64,000 bases of DNA, taken from an uncultured Acidobacteriota bacterium. Its GTDB lineage: Bacteria > Actinomycetota > Acidimicrobiia > Spongiisociales > ZC4RG35. The stretch is from NCBI GenBank assembly GCA_963828465.1, contig CAWHEU010000002.1, positions 32,001 to 96,000 of the forward strand, written 5' to 3'. This document shows, in pieces, positions 62,818 to 64,000 of this stretch; the first letter of the stretch is position 1, and the number at the start of each line of letters is the position of its first letter. A program made the position numbers and the translations under genes. The notes beneath the pieces were generated by a model. The model searched no databases. It was not told the origin of the DNA and saw only the letters and a program-made list of their open reading frames with translations.

Positions 62818-64000
62818 TCAGAGCATCGGGATGTCGACGCCCCGCTCATGTGCCACGCGGCGGGCGATGTCGTAGCCGGCGTCAGCGTGACGCATGACTC
62901 CGGTGCCGGGGTCGTTGGTGAGCACCCGCTCTACTCGCAGAGCGCCCTGTTCAGTGCCGTCGGCGACAACTTGAGCCCCGGCATGGATCGAGTTTCCGAT
63001 GCCCACACCGCCCCCATGATGGACGGCCACCCAGGCCGCCCCAGAGGAGACATTGAGCATCGCGTTGAGGATGGGCCAGTCGGCGATGGCGTCCGACCCG
63101 TCGGCCATCGCCTCCGTTTCCCGATAGGGGGAAGCGACGGATCCCGAGTCGAGATGATCCCGGCCGATGACGATCGGAGCCGAGATATCGCCCGCGGCGA
63201 CGAGATCGTTGAAGCGCAGACCGGCCAGATGGCGCTCGCCGTAGGAGAGCCAGCAGATCCGAGCCGGGAGACCTTGAAAATGGACCCTCTCGGATGCCAT
63301 CCGCATCCAGCGATGGAGTGAGTCGTTGTCGGGGAATAGCTCGGCGATGGCCCGGTCGGTGACAGCGATGTCGGCCGGATCGCCGCTGAGGGCCACCCAG
63401 CGGAACGGCCCCGAGCCCTCACAGAAAAGGGGCCGGATGTAGGCCGGGACGAATCCGGGATAGGAGAAAGCGTCGGCGAAGCCGCCAGTGGCTGCCTCAC
63501 CCCTCAGATTGTTCCCGTAGTCGAATGTCTCGACACCCGAGGACTGGAACCCGACCATCGCCTCGCAGTGAGTCGCCATCGACTCCCGGGCCGACTTGAT
63601 ATAGGTGTCGGGGTCGTCTTCGCGGAGCCGGCGGGCTTCGTCCACGTCGTATCCGACCGGGATGTACCCATACAGCGGGTCGTGTGCCGACGTCTGGTCC
63701 GTCACGATGTCGACGGCGAGATCCATTTCGAGCAATCGGGGGAACAGATCTGCAGCATTGCCGAGCAGGCCAATGGAAACCGCCTCGCGATTTCGTTTCG
63801 CCTCGAGGGCGCGGGACACCGCCTGCTCGGTCTCCTCGTAGCTCTCGTCGAGGTAGCCGGTCTCCAACCGGCGTTCGATCCGCTGCGGGTCGACCTCGAC
63901 ACAGAGTGCGACGCCGCCGTTCATGGTGATCGCAAGCGGCTGAGCGCCCCCCATGCCTCCGAGCCCGGCGGTGAGGGTGAGTGTGCCGGCCAATGTGCCG
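62818..64000 (-). CDS. hutU: Urocanate hydratase (5' part outside window)
   Basis: [47 protein letters not shown]. Confidence 0.97.
   Translation of the reverse strand, partial: GTLAGTLTLTAGLGGMGGAQPLAITMNGGVALCVEVDPQRIERRLETGYLDESYEETEQAVSRALEAKRNREAVSIGLLGNAADLFPRLLEMDLAVDIVTDQTSAHDPLYGYIPVGYDVDEARRLREDDPDTYIKSARESMATHCEAMVGFQSSGVETFDYGNNLRGEAATGGFADAFSYPGFVPAYIRPLFCEGSGPFRWVALSGDPADIAVTDRAIAELFPDNDSLHRWMRMASERVHFQGLPARICWLSYGERHLAGLRFNDLVAAGDISAPIVIGRDHLDSGSVASPYRETEAMADGSDAIADWPILNAMLNVSSGAAWVAVHHGGGVGIGNSIHAGAQVVADGTEQGALRVERVLTNDPGTGVMRHADAGYDIARRVAHERGVDIPML

Overview
High-GC actinobacterial chromosomal window. Gene content, SOS/PafBC-type promoter motifs and pervasive leaderless TANNNT-N6-12-ATG starts suggest Actinomycetota, probably Acidimicrobiia (inference). 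It holds about 70 densely packed genes: msrB/msrA, tkt, phoA-like, hutU/hutG, dusB, maf, ligC plus Prim-PolC, AlkZ-like glycosylase, four ABC systems, two ECF sigma factors, a GAF/NarL two-component system, and a DUF222-HNH gene. About 25 genes carry scattered indels that look like long-read errors, so several 'fusions' in the ORF track are artefacts. No rRNA, tRNA, CRISPR array, transposase or prophage was seen. Main leads: (1) an ECF sigma translationally coupled to an Ogt-type alkyltransferase with a C-terminal Ada Zn domain and no HTH, a possible sigma-based alkylation response; (2) a SigG/ECF56 plus antisense-overlapping STAS module, with three matching GATGA-N18-GTC promoters; (3) a REP-like double-hairpin repeat with GNA loops and covariation, whose copies bracket an ABC cassette between prim-polC and ligC; (4) PafBC-type promoter and LexA box on the DUF222-HNH gene; (5) tandem 16-bp boxes shared by the SDR/QueA-like operon and drrAB.
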